Shown here piece by piece: positions 29,155-38,854 of a stretch of DNA of 64,000 nt. Made by a program: the position numbers and the translations under genes. The first letter of the stretch is position 1, and each line of letters opens with the position of its first letter. Source of the DNA: Opitutales bacterium. Lineage in GTDB: Bacteria > Verrucomicrobiota > Verrucomicrobiia > Opitutales > UBA2987. Where the stretch lies: assembly GCA_965226885.1 (NCBI GenBank), contig CBDDEL010000017.1, positions 32,001-96,000 of the forward strand, written 5' to 3'. The notes beneath the pieces were generated by a model. That model was not told where the DNA came from and did no database searches. It worked only from the letters and a program-made list of their open reading frames with translations.

Positions 29155-30927
29155 GTGAGTTTCGACATCGCCATTGTCTTTGCGGTTCTCCTGGTTTCAG
29201 TGGCGCTCTTTGCCACCGACAAGGTGCGGCATGATGTTATAGGTTTGATGGTCATAGTGGCTTTGGGGCTTTGCGGAATATTAAAACCCAAGGAGTTGCT
29301 GGGGGGATTCAGCAACCAGGCTGTGGTCACGATCGGGGCCATGTTTGTCTTGAGTGCAGCGCTCATGCGATCGGGCATGGTGGCGGCATTGGGAGCGAAG
29401 TTAACCAGTCTTTCGCGAGGCAGCCCGGCGCGCTTTCTCTTTTTGTCACTCTGTGCCGTGTGTATTTTGTCGGCTTTTATCAACAACACGCCAGTGGTGG
29501 TGGTTTTTATACCGGCGGTGCTGACGGTATGCACGAAAATGGGGCAGAGTCCTTCCAAATTTCTCATGCCCATATCTTTCGCCTCAATGCTGGGAGGAAG
29601 CTGCACATTGATCGGGACATCTTCCAATATTCTGGTTTCATCGCTTTCTGAAGGGGCTGGGCATGGGCCGCTGGGGATGTTCGAGTTTAGCAAAATGGGC
29701 TTACTGGTGGTTCTTGCGGGAATGGCCTATTTGCTTCTGTTCTCCCGGCGATTCTTACCGGAAAGGGTAACTCTGGCCACGAGCGCACCCATCGATGCGA
29801 CCAAAGAGTACGTAACCCAGGTAAGCGTGGGTAAGGAATCGCATTTGGTGGGCAAAATGCCCCAGGAGACCTTCCTAGGATCAAGCGGAATCTCTATTGT
29901 CGAATTGATTCGTGGGGAGAGAATCCGGCGTTTGGACAAGAAAACCTTTTTAGAGGTCGGCGACGTTTTACTGCTAAAGGGCGACGTTAATAAGATCCTG
30001 GAGCTTGACCGGCAGCACGAAATCAGCATCACCCCGGAATTGGCTCAGATGGAGGGGACCATCAAGCGTGTCGAAATGTCGCTCTTCGAATTGATGATCG
30101 CGCCGGAGTCGCGCCTCATCGGCCGCACCTGCAAGAATGCCGGGCTACGGGCCCAGTTTGGGGTTTCCGTATTTGCCCTGCAACGCAGGGGCCGCCACCA
30201 CCAGAGGGAAATTGGAGATCTGGAGTTGCGCATGGGCGACATCCTGCTGGTGCGCGGGCAGATGGAGTCCCTCAATCAGCTTCGCCATAGCGATGCTTTT
30301 ATACTTTTGGAGGGTGTGCACGAGGAAGTGGTTGAGAGGCATAAAGCGCCGTTAGCGGTGGGCATTATTCTGGCTATCGTGGCTCTGGCTGCGTTCAGTG
30401 TTTTTCCCATCAGCGTCCTGTCTCTGGCCGGTGTTGCCCTCATAATCATGACCCGGCTGCTGACACCCGGGCAGGTTTACAGGTCCATTGACTGGACGGT
30501 TCTGGTGCTCATCGCGGGCATGATCTCTCTGGGCGAAGCGATGGGGAAAACGGGGGCGCTCGATCTTTTGGCCAATATCCTCCTTTCCTGGGTGGGCGAC
30601 CTGGGAGCCCATTTCACTTTGTGGATATTTTATTTTATGACGGCTGCTCTGAGCCTGCTCATTTTGAACAAACCGGCGGCCGTCTTGATGGCTCCCCTGG
30701 GGATGATACTGGCCCAGCGCCTGGGAGTATCGCCGATGACCTTCATCATGGCAGTGGCCTTTGCCGCCTCCACCGCCATGGCCACCCCAATGGGTTACCA
30801 GACCAACCTGCTGGTTTACGGGCCGGGCGGTTATAACTATAAAGATTTCCTCAGATTCGGCCTGCCTCTTAATATTGGCATCGGCATTTTAGCTTGCCTC
30901 CTGCTGCCCGTTTTCTGGCCGTTTTAG
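29155..30927 (+). CDS. SLC13/DASS family permease with two TrkA-C domains
   Basis: SAFINNT, GGSCTLIGTSSN, TPMGYQTNLLVYGPGGY; central soluble TrkA-C repeats. Confidence 0.9.
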   Translation: MSFDIAIVFAVLLVSVALFATDKVRHDVIGLMVIVALGLCGILKPKELLGGFSNQAVVTIGAMFVLSAALMRSGMVAALGAKLTSLSRGSPARFLFLSLCAVCILSAFINNTPVVVVFIPAVLTVCTKMGQSPSKFLMPISFASMLGGSCTLIGTSSNILVSSLSEGAGHGPLGMFEFSKMGLLVVLAGMAYLLLFSRRFLPERVTLATSAPIDATKEYVTQVSVGKESHLVGKMPQETFLGSSGISIVELIRGERIRRLDKKTFLEVGDVLLLKGDVNKILELDRQHEISITPELAQMEGTIKRVEMSLFELMIAPESRLIGRTCKNAGLRAQFGVSVFALQRRGRHHQREIGDLELRMGDILLVRGQMESLNQLRHSDAFILLEGVHEEVVERHKAPLAVGIILAIVALAAFSVFPISVLSLAGVALIIMTRLLTPGQVYRSIDWTVLVLIAGMISLGEAMGKTGALDLLANILLSWVGDLGAHFTLWIFYFMTAALSLLILNKPAAVLMAPLGMILAQRLGVSPMTFIMAVAFAASTAMATPMGYQTNLLVYGPGGYNYKDFLRFGLPLNIGIGILACLLLPVFWPF

Positions 30928-31211
30928 CAATTAAGTCGCGTTTTCAATCCACTGGAAAACCCCGCCAACACCTGGCAGCTATTGTCGGTAATATAAACTC
31001 ACATTACCGCACCGGTGGATGAAATTCTCAAATAGGTAGAAATCGATAGGGTGAAGGCGAGCAGAAAAGGTAGTGCCTGAAACACCTGCTCCTTACGGTG
31101 CAAACAGCAAATTGGGAAATAACATGCGCCAATCCTCTGCTTCTGTTGTCCATACCAAGGGAAATAATTCTCTTTGAGTCCAAAACCATCCTAAATCTTC
31201 GGACCAAAGCC

Positions 31212-32560
31212 TGACGTGTACTGGATTTGTTGGACACGGGATTCTCTTATATTCATTGTTTATTGATTAGTGTGTCAGGCGGCTTGTTTTGGTAAAGGGT
31301 TTTGTTTTCTCGTTGCCCCCCATGGGGGGCAAATATTTTCCTCGAATTGGACTGGGCTTTGGTAACTCAGAGAGGAATGTTTGCGATATCGGTTGTAGAA
31401 GATTTCCACGTATTCGAAGACAGTTGATCGCAGTTCGCGCTCGTCGGCAAAGTGGCGGCCTCGAATCGTGCTGGTCTTGAAGCGGCCGTAGAACGATTCC
31501 ATGGCCGCGTTGTCGTAGCAGTTGCCTTGGGCGCTCATGCTCGGCTTCATGCCTAGTTCAGAGATCAGCCTCTGATAGTCGTCGCTGGCGTAGGGGCTGC
31601 CCCGATCGCTGTGATGAATAATCCCGGTGCGCAGTGTGCCGCGGGTCATGGCCGCGGCTTTGAGGGCCTTGCCAACCAGCTTCGCGTCGTTGTGGTTGGA
31701 AACGCTCCAGCCCAGCAGGCGTCGGCTGAACAGGTCCATCACCGTGGCCAAGTACATCCAACCGGCCAGGGTCCGTAGGTAGGTCGTGTCCGCCACCCAG
31801 ACCTCGTCGATATGGGTCGGCTGGCCATGCTTTTTAAGCACATTGGGGCTGTAACCATAGGGATGGTTACTGTTGGTTTTTAATGGCTTAAAGCGTTTAC
31901 TCTGGGTGCTTTTGATTCCCATTTCACGCATCAGACGCAGAGCCCGGTCACGGCCGCAATCGATGCCCTCATCATCCTTCAGATGGCGGTGCATTGGCCG
32001 ATGCCCATAAGCGGCCCTTGGCCTCTTTGTGTACCTTCAGGATCGCCCCCTTGATTCCCTCGTCCTCGATCCGCCGGGCCGAGGGCGCTCGGTGCCTCCA
32101 GCAGTAATAGCCACTGCGACAAATCCCCATCGCCGAGCATATTTCCTCGATCTTGAAGCGCCCCTCGTTGTCTTTGACAAACTGGTACTTCATTGTTCGT
32201 CCTTGGCAAAGTAGCCCACCGTTTTTTTTAGTATCTGGTTGATCCGCTCCGAGCGGCGCAGCTCTTTGCGAAGACGATCTATCTCGGCCGCCATCTCCTT
32301 CGGACTGCTCTGTCGCTTTGAGGTGGCTTCGCCCTGCTGATCGTCCAGATAGAGCCTCTTCCACCTATACAATTGGTTGGTGTTGACCCCAAGTTTGGTC
32401 GATACCTCGGTGGCTTGGTCGATACCTCGGTGGCGCTCAGACCATCGAGTATCATCAGTTGAACTGCCTCATTTTTGAACTCTATACTAAAGCGTCTTCT
32501 TCCCATGCTTCGATTCTCCATTTAGGAGAATCTCGTGTCCACTTTTTCCAGTGCACATCA
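31212..32560 (-). mobile_element. IS3-family element, copy 2 (1349 bp, both ORFs frameshifted)
   Basis: Near-identical to 10315-11642; 3-bp target duplication GCC; 20-bp duplication at 32395-32434 and +1 near 32009. Confidence 0.95.
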
Positions 32561-32747
32561 GCCAGTAAGAATTTCTTTTTTCAACAATTTCGCTCGGACG
32601 GCAAAATAGCCAACCGAGTTCGCGGTGAAAAATCCACGGATAATGCTGTATGTTCAAATCGCCGAAGCCAATGGCGGACACCCAGCCCCCATTAACATTA
32701 AAATCAAAGGTAACAACCTCCGTTCCCTCAACATTGAATATCCTTAG

Positions 32748-34315
32748 CCCGGATATTTCGTAAAAAAAGTATCGTTGATATGCTTAACTGCTGATATACA
32801 GCAGGATAGATCAATAATTAAAGCAATATCAGCGATGACAAAAGGTAAACAATTAAAGCTACAGTTGACAAGGGTAAAAGGCCGCCGTGTGCGGGTTGAT
32901 TTCAAGGGCGGAGAGGTTACTTCGGATGCCGGACTGCTTTTGATCCGGGAAGTGGATCGGCAGTTGGGCTTGACCGAACGAGCGGCCCGACAGTTAGTGG
33001 ACAAACGGCAGAAGGGCAAAGTACGCCATGAGGTATTGGGGATGCTGCGGCAGCGCGTTTACGGGCTGGTGGCGGGCTATGAGGATTTGAACGACTTTGA
33101 TACCCTGCGCCACGATCCATTGTTAGCAAACGGTAACGGGGCGCATTGAAACGTTGGCCAGCGCGCCGACTTTGTGTCGTTTTGAAAACGGGCAGGATCG
33201 GCGGGCGGCCTTTGCGGTAAACGAGCTGTTGGTCGAACAGTTCATGGGCTCCTTTGCCGAGGAACCCGAAGAGATCATCCTGGACTTTGACGCCACCGAC
33301 AATCCGGTGCACGGGCTCCAGGAGGGACGTTTTTTCCACGGTTATTATGATCATTACTGTTTTCTGCCGCTATATGTTTTTTGCGGTGATCAGCTGCTGG
33401 TGGCCTACCTGCGGCCGAGCAAGATCGATGCCAGCAAGCATGCCGGGGCCATCCTCAAATTGCTGGTTAAACGGATTCGCCAAAGCTGGCCCCGTACGCG
33501 GATTATTTGGCGCGCCGACAGTGGATTTTGTCGAGACCGGATACTCTCTTGGTGCGACCGCAACGAAGTTAGTTACATCGTGGGGATGGCTCGCAATGCA
33601 CGCTTGCAGCAAGACGCCCAGCAGTTGCAAAAGCAGGCCAAAGAATGGTTCGAACTAAGGGGTAAAAAACAACGGTTATTCCAGGACTTCGTCTATGCTG
33701 CCGATTCGTGGCGATGGCTGCGGTTGGTCATCCATAAAGCCGAACACACCGCACAGGGGTCCAACCCGCGCTTCGTGGTGACGAACCTGCCGGGCGATCC
33801 CCAGGAGCTTTACGACAAGGTATACTGTGGCCGCGGTGAAATGGAGAACCGAATCAAGGAACAGATGCAATTGTTCAGCGAGCGCACCAGCGCCCATCAA
33901 TGGTGGGCCAATCAGTGGCGATTGCTCTTGTCGGCGCTGGCCTACACCTTGATGGAAGCCATGCGCCGGTTAGCCTTAAAAGGGACGAAGTGGGCGCGGG
34001 CCCAATGCCACACCCTGCGGCTCAAATTAATCAAGATCGGAGCGGTCATCGTGCGCAACACCCGAACGATTCACTTTCACCTAAGTGAGAGTTATCCTTG
34101 GGCCAGTCTTTTCAACCATGCGGCCCGCCGATTGGTGCCAACCTAAAGGGTGCATTGGTGCTGCCCCCGGCACTACCGAACCAATGGGGGAAAGGGGGCA
34201 GTGTCTCTACACCCTGAAAAACACCTAAAAATCAAGACGATCTGCTCAAAATACAAAGAAATCCATCTCCAATAGCAATAACGAGCCAAACTTTACCCTT
34301 CATGAAATATCCGGG
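32748..34315 (+). mobile_element. IS1380-family element, copy 1 (transposase frameshifted near 33125)
   Basis: IRs CCCGGATATTTC / GAAATATCCGGG, flanked by TTAG on both sides; TSDAG, GYEDLND, DFDATD, RADSGF, RGEMENRIKE. Confidence 0.95.
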
Positions 34316-35004
34316 TTAGGCCAATAAGATTCCTGTCGATTAAGCTCTCTGTTCTTTCGCTTAGAATCCAGGTTATGGCAATTGAAGGAGCCTCAACCTG
34401 AACAATGTTCGAAGGGATGCCGAACAATTCATCGGAGGGTGCTACTTCATTTTCTTCCCTGGTTACAACTATGATGCCTTTAGGCGATTGCTCCATCCAG
34501 ATAATACTGGTCGTGGAATCCGAATATTCGCTTGGTCCGAAGACAATAAACTCCTCGCCATGAGAAACGTAAGGAATGTATGCTAATAAAATAAAAGGTA
34601 GGATTTTGAGAGTTTTATTCATTTTTTTCTATTTTACATATTGGGGTTGATGTAACAACGATTCACCTGAAACGTTGAAAAATTAAAGAAAGATTCCTAA
34701 TCAGTAAATCTTTGGCCGGGGTAAATGCTTTGGTTGCCGGGACCATGCTAGGTATCCGTGTAATGTCGTATCATTGGGTGTTTGCAATAGAAGTCTCTAA
34801 ATTCGTTAGGCGTTAGCCTTGAACGAGTTCCTGTCGGGTTTGGCTCATGTTCGGTGCATTTGGGGATCGGTATTCGAGCTATAAAAGCACAACGTCGTTA
34901 CTTTGGAAAGAAAAAAGTGAAAAAAAACATAAATTTACCACGTTATACTTGCTACTTGAAGATAATCTTTTCATACTGAGGTATTTGTAGAATTAAATGG
35001 TTAG

Positions 35005-36572
35005 CCCGGATATTTCGTAAAAAAAGTATCGTTGATATGCTTAACTGCTGATATACAGCAGGATAGATCAATAATTAAAGCAATATCAGCGATGACAAAA
35101 GGTAAACAATTAAAGCTACAGTTGACAAGGGTAAAAGGCCGCCGTGTGCGGGTTGATTTCAAGGGCGGAGAGGTTACTTCGGATGCCGGACTGCTTTTGA
35201 TCCGGGAAGTGGATCGGCAGTTGGGCTTGACCGAACGAGCGGCCCGACAGTTAGTGGACAAACGGCAGAAGGGCAAAGTACGCCATGAGGTATTGGGGAT
35301 GCTGCGGCAGCGCGTTTACGGGCTGGTGGCGGGCTATGAGGATTTGAACGAACTTTGATACCCTGCGCCACGATCCATTGTTGCAAACGGTAACGGGGCG
35401 CATTGAAACGTTGGCCAGCGCGCCGACTTTGTGTCGTTTTGAAAACGGGCAGGATCGGCGGGCGGCCTTTGCGGTAAACGAGCTGTTGGTCGAACAGTTC
35501 ATGGGCTCCTTTGCCGAGGAACCCGAAGAGATCATCCTGGACTTTGACGCCACCGACAATCCGGTGCACGGGCTCCAGGAGGGACGTTTTTTCCACGGTT
35601 ATTATGATCATTACTGTTTTCTGCCGCTATATGTTTTTTGCGGTGATCAGCTGCTGGTGGCCTACCTGCGGCCGAGCAAGATCGATGCCAGCAAGCATGC
35701 CGGGGCCATCCTCAAATTGCTGGTTAAACGGATGCGCCAAAGCTGGCCCCGTACGCGGATTATTTGGCGCGCCGACAGTGGATCTTGTCGAGACCGGATA
35801 CTCTCTTGGTGCGACCGCAACGAAGTTAGTTACATCGTGGGGATGGCTCGCAATGCACGCTTGCAGCAAGACGCCCAGCAGTTGCAAAAGCAGGCCAAAG
35901 AATGGTTCGAACTAAGGGGTAAAAAACAACGGTTATTCCAGGACTTCGTCTATGCTGCCGATTCGTGGCGATGGCTGCGGTTGGTCATCCATAAAGCCGA
36001 ACACACCGCACAGGGGTCCAACCCGCGCTTCGTGGTGACGAACCTGCCGGGCGATCCCCAGGAGCTTTACGACAAGGTATACTGTGGCCGCGGTGAAATG
36101 GAGAACCGAATCAAGGAACAGATGCAATTGTTCAGCGAGCGCACCAGCGCCCATCAATGGTGGGCCAATCAGTGCCGATTGCTCTTGTCGGCGCTGGCCT
36201 ACACCTTGATGGAAGCCATGCGCCGGTTAGCCTTAAAAGGGACGAAGTGGGCGCGGGCCCAATGCCACACCCTGCGGCTCAAATTAATCAAGATCGGAGC
36301 GGTCATCGTGCGCAACACCCGAACGATTCACTTTCACCTAAGTGAGAGTTATCCTTGGGCCAGTCTTTTCAACCATGCGGCCCGCCGATTGGTGCCAACC
36401 TAAAGGGTGCATTGGTGCTGCCCCCGGCACTACCGAACCAATGGGGGAAAGGGGGCAGTGTCTCTACACCCTGAAAAACACCTAAAAATCAAGACGATCT
36501 GCTCAAAATACAAAGAAATCCATCTCCAATAGCAATAACGAGCCAAACTTTACCCTTCATGAAATATCCGGG
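35005..36572 (+). mobile_element. IS1380-family element, copy 2 (frameshift near 35351)
   Basis: Same IRs, flanked by TTAG; ORF split into 35032-35358 and 35378-36403. Confidence 0.95.
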
Positions 36573-36576
36573 TTAG

Positions 36577-38143
36577 CCCGGATATTTCGTAAAAAAAGTA
36601 TCGTTGATATGCTTAACTGCTGATATACAGCAGGATAGATCAATAATTAAAGCAATATCAGCGATGACAAAAGGTAAACAATTAAAGCTACAGTTGACAA
36701 GGGTAAAAGGCCGCCGTGTGCGGGTTGATTTCAAGGGCGGAGAGGTTACTTCGGATGCCGGACTGCTTTTGATCCGGGAAGTGGATCGGCAGTTGGGCTT
36801 GACCGAACGAGCGGCCCGACAGTTAGTGGACAAACGGCAGAAGGGCAAAGTACGCCATGAGGTATTGGGGATGCTGCGGCAGCGCGTTTACGGGCTGGTG
36901 GCGGGCTATGAGGATTTGAACGTCTTTGATACCCTGCGCCACGATCCATTGTTGCAAACGGTAACGGGGCGCATTGAAACGTTGGCCAGCGCGCCGACTG
37001 TGTGTCGTTTTGAAAACGGGCAGGATCGGCGGGCGGCCTTTGCGGTAAACGAGCTGTTGGTCGAACAGTTCATGGGCTCCTTTGCCGAGGAACCCGAAGA
37101 GATCATCCTGGACTTTGACGCCACCGACAATCCGGTGCACGGGCTCCAGGAGGGACGTTTTTTCCACGGTTATTATGATCATTACTGTTTTCTGCCGCTA
37201 TATGTTTTTTGCGGTGATCAGCTGCTGGTGGCCTACCTGCGGCCGAGCAAGATCGATGCCAGCAAGCATGCCGGGGCCATCCTCAAATTGCTGGTTAAAC
37301 GGATGCGCCAAAGCTGGCCCCGTACGCGGATTATTTGGCGCGCCGACAGTGGATTTTGTCGAGACCGGATACTCTCTTGGTGCGACCGCAACGAAGTTAG
37401 TTACATCGTGGGGATGGCTCGCAATGCACGCTTGCAGCAAGACGCCCAGCAGTTGCAAAAGCAGGCCAAAGAATGGTTCGAACTAAGGGGTAAAAAACAA
37501 CGGTTATTCCAGGACTTCGTCTATGCTGTCGATTCGTGGCGATGGCTGCGGTTGGTCATCCATAAAGCCGAACACACCGCACAGGGGTCCAACCCGCGCT
37601 TCGTGGTGACGAACCTGCCGGGCGATCCCCAGGAGCTTTACGACAAGGTATACTGTGGCCGCGGTGAAATGGAGAACCGAATCAAGGAACAGATGCAATT
37701 GTTCAGCGAGCGCACCAGCGCCCATCAATGGTGGGCCAATCAGTGGCGATTGCTCTTGTCGGCGCTGGCCTACACCTTGATGGAAGCCATGCGCCGGTTA
37801 GCCTTAAAAGGGACGAAGTGGGCGCGGGCCCAATGGCACACCCTGCGGCTCAAATTAATCAAGATCGGAGCGGTCATCGTGCGCAACACCCGAACGATTC
37901 ACTTTCACCTAAGTGAGAGTTATCCTTGGGCCAGTCTTTTCAACCATGCGGCCCGCCGATTGGTGCCAACCTAAAGGGTGCATTGGTGCTGCCCCCGGCA
38001 CTACCGAACCAATGGGGGAAAGGGGGCAGTGTCTCTACACCCTGAAAAACACCTAAAAATCAAGACGATCTGCTCAAAATACAAAGAAATCCATCTCCAA
38101 TAGCAATAACGAGCCAAACTTTACCCTTCATGAAATATCCGGG
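36577..38143 (+). mobile_element. IS1380-family element, copy 3 (1567 bp, intact ORF)
   Basis: Directly tandem to copy 2, separated only by TTAG; followed by TTAG. Confidence 0.95.
36664..37974 (+). CDS. IS1380 transposase (uninterrupted)
   Basis: Continuous ORF with DDE motifs; start MTKGKQ assumed (ORF is open from 36604). Confidence 0.88.
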   Translation: MTKGKQLKLQLTRVKGRRVRVDFKGGEVTSDAGLLLIREVDRQLGLTERAARQLVDKRQKGKVRHEVLGMLRQRVYGLVAGYEDLNVFDTLRHDPLLQTVTGRIETLASAPTVCRFENGQDRRAAFAVNELLVEQFMGSFAEEPEEIILDFDATDNPVHGLQEGRFFHGYYDHYCFLPLYVFCGDQLLVAYLRPSKIDASKHAGAILKLLVKRMRQSWPRTRIIWRADSGFCRDRILSWCDRNEVSYIVGMARNARLQQDAQQLQKQAKEWFELRGKKQRLFQDFVYAVDSWRWLRLVIHKAEHTAQGSNPRFVVTNLPGDPQELYDKVYCGRGEMENRIKEQMQLFSERTSAHQWWANQWRLLLSALAYTLMEAMRRLALKGTKWARAQWHTLRLKLIKIGAVIVRNTRTIHFHLSESYPWASLFNHAARRLVPT

Positions 38144-38301
38144 TTAGTATATTTTTGGTGCGATTTTTTGCTGTCAGCATTGGGTCGCGGCAAAGTGTGA
38201 AGCCCGCAGTATTTTGAATACGTTGGGGCAGCGGGGGTGTTTTGGCGGGCTCGGCGAAGAGGGTGTGCCGGTCTTGGGGGCACAGCTTGTCCGCCCATGA
38301 T

Positions 38302-38580
38302 TAGAACCTATCTCAAATTCGCAGATGAATGATGTTTGTAGCGCCACGGTGGCAGATGCCAGGCGGCTTTGCGCCCAGATGGGCTGGTAAGCCCCTTGAG
38401 CGCAAACCAACGCCGCAGGTGCTACCGTGCCGCACAAATCCTTTGGACAGAGGCAATTATGCGTTTGAGCGGCGTTCCGCCGGGGCCACAGGGCTACCAG
38501 CCCGGCGAGCTCCGTCGCGCCTTGCTCCAAGCGTATAATTGCTCTCTGCATCACCATTTGCGAATTTGAGATAGGTTCTA
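38302..38580. mobile_element. MITE-like non-autonomous element (~279 bp)
   Basis: Perfect 22-bp terminal IR TAGAACCTATCTCAAATTCGCA; GC-rich palindromic interior; no credible ORF. Confidence 0.8.
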
Positions 38581-38713
38581 GTAGAATTTTTTGGAATTTG
38601 GCGGTTTTTATCTGTTGGATGGGTGTTTTTTGGATGAAATTGGGTTTTTTTGGTGAAAAATTCCCCGAAAATCGGTGTTTAATCAAACGCATCAAACGGA
38701 GCCAACCTATCCA

Positions 38714-38742
38714 TTGACGTTTTTTGCATTTTGCTGTATAAT
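38714..38742 (+). promoter_or_regulatory. Near-consensus sigma70 promoter upstream of the GH13 gene
   Basis: TTGACG-N17-TATAAT. Confidence 0.75.
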
Positions 38743-38854
38743 GTCGGCTTATGTTGCAAGTGACTAATAGTTAAAGTGAAACCCGATATTGGGCCGCGCA
38801 GGGCAATGATCCAACAACGGTTAAAGATCGAATAACCGGATATTGTGAAGGTAG

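Larger units (their letters stand above)
31093..34622 (-). pseudogene. Secreted 201-aa protein with Trp-rich C-terminal domain, interrupted by IS1380 and IS3
   Basis: Segments 34622-34316, 32743-32561 and 31208-31093 join in frame (606 nt) after removing both IS and one copy of each target duplication. Confidence 0.87.

Noticed and set aside
34623..35000. Possible ncRNA or attC site (gttaggcgttagcc)
   Set aside because: No convincing paired structure or inverse core site found by eye; likely promoter or decayed sequence
10031..38580. Integrative element or prophage explanation for the accessory region
   Set aside because: No integrase, tRNA attachment site, flanking direct repeats or phage/conjugation genes seen
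38174..38695. 173-aa ORF spanning the MITE
   Set aside because: Runs through an inverted-repeat element; no protein-like features
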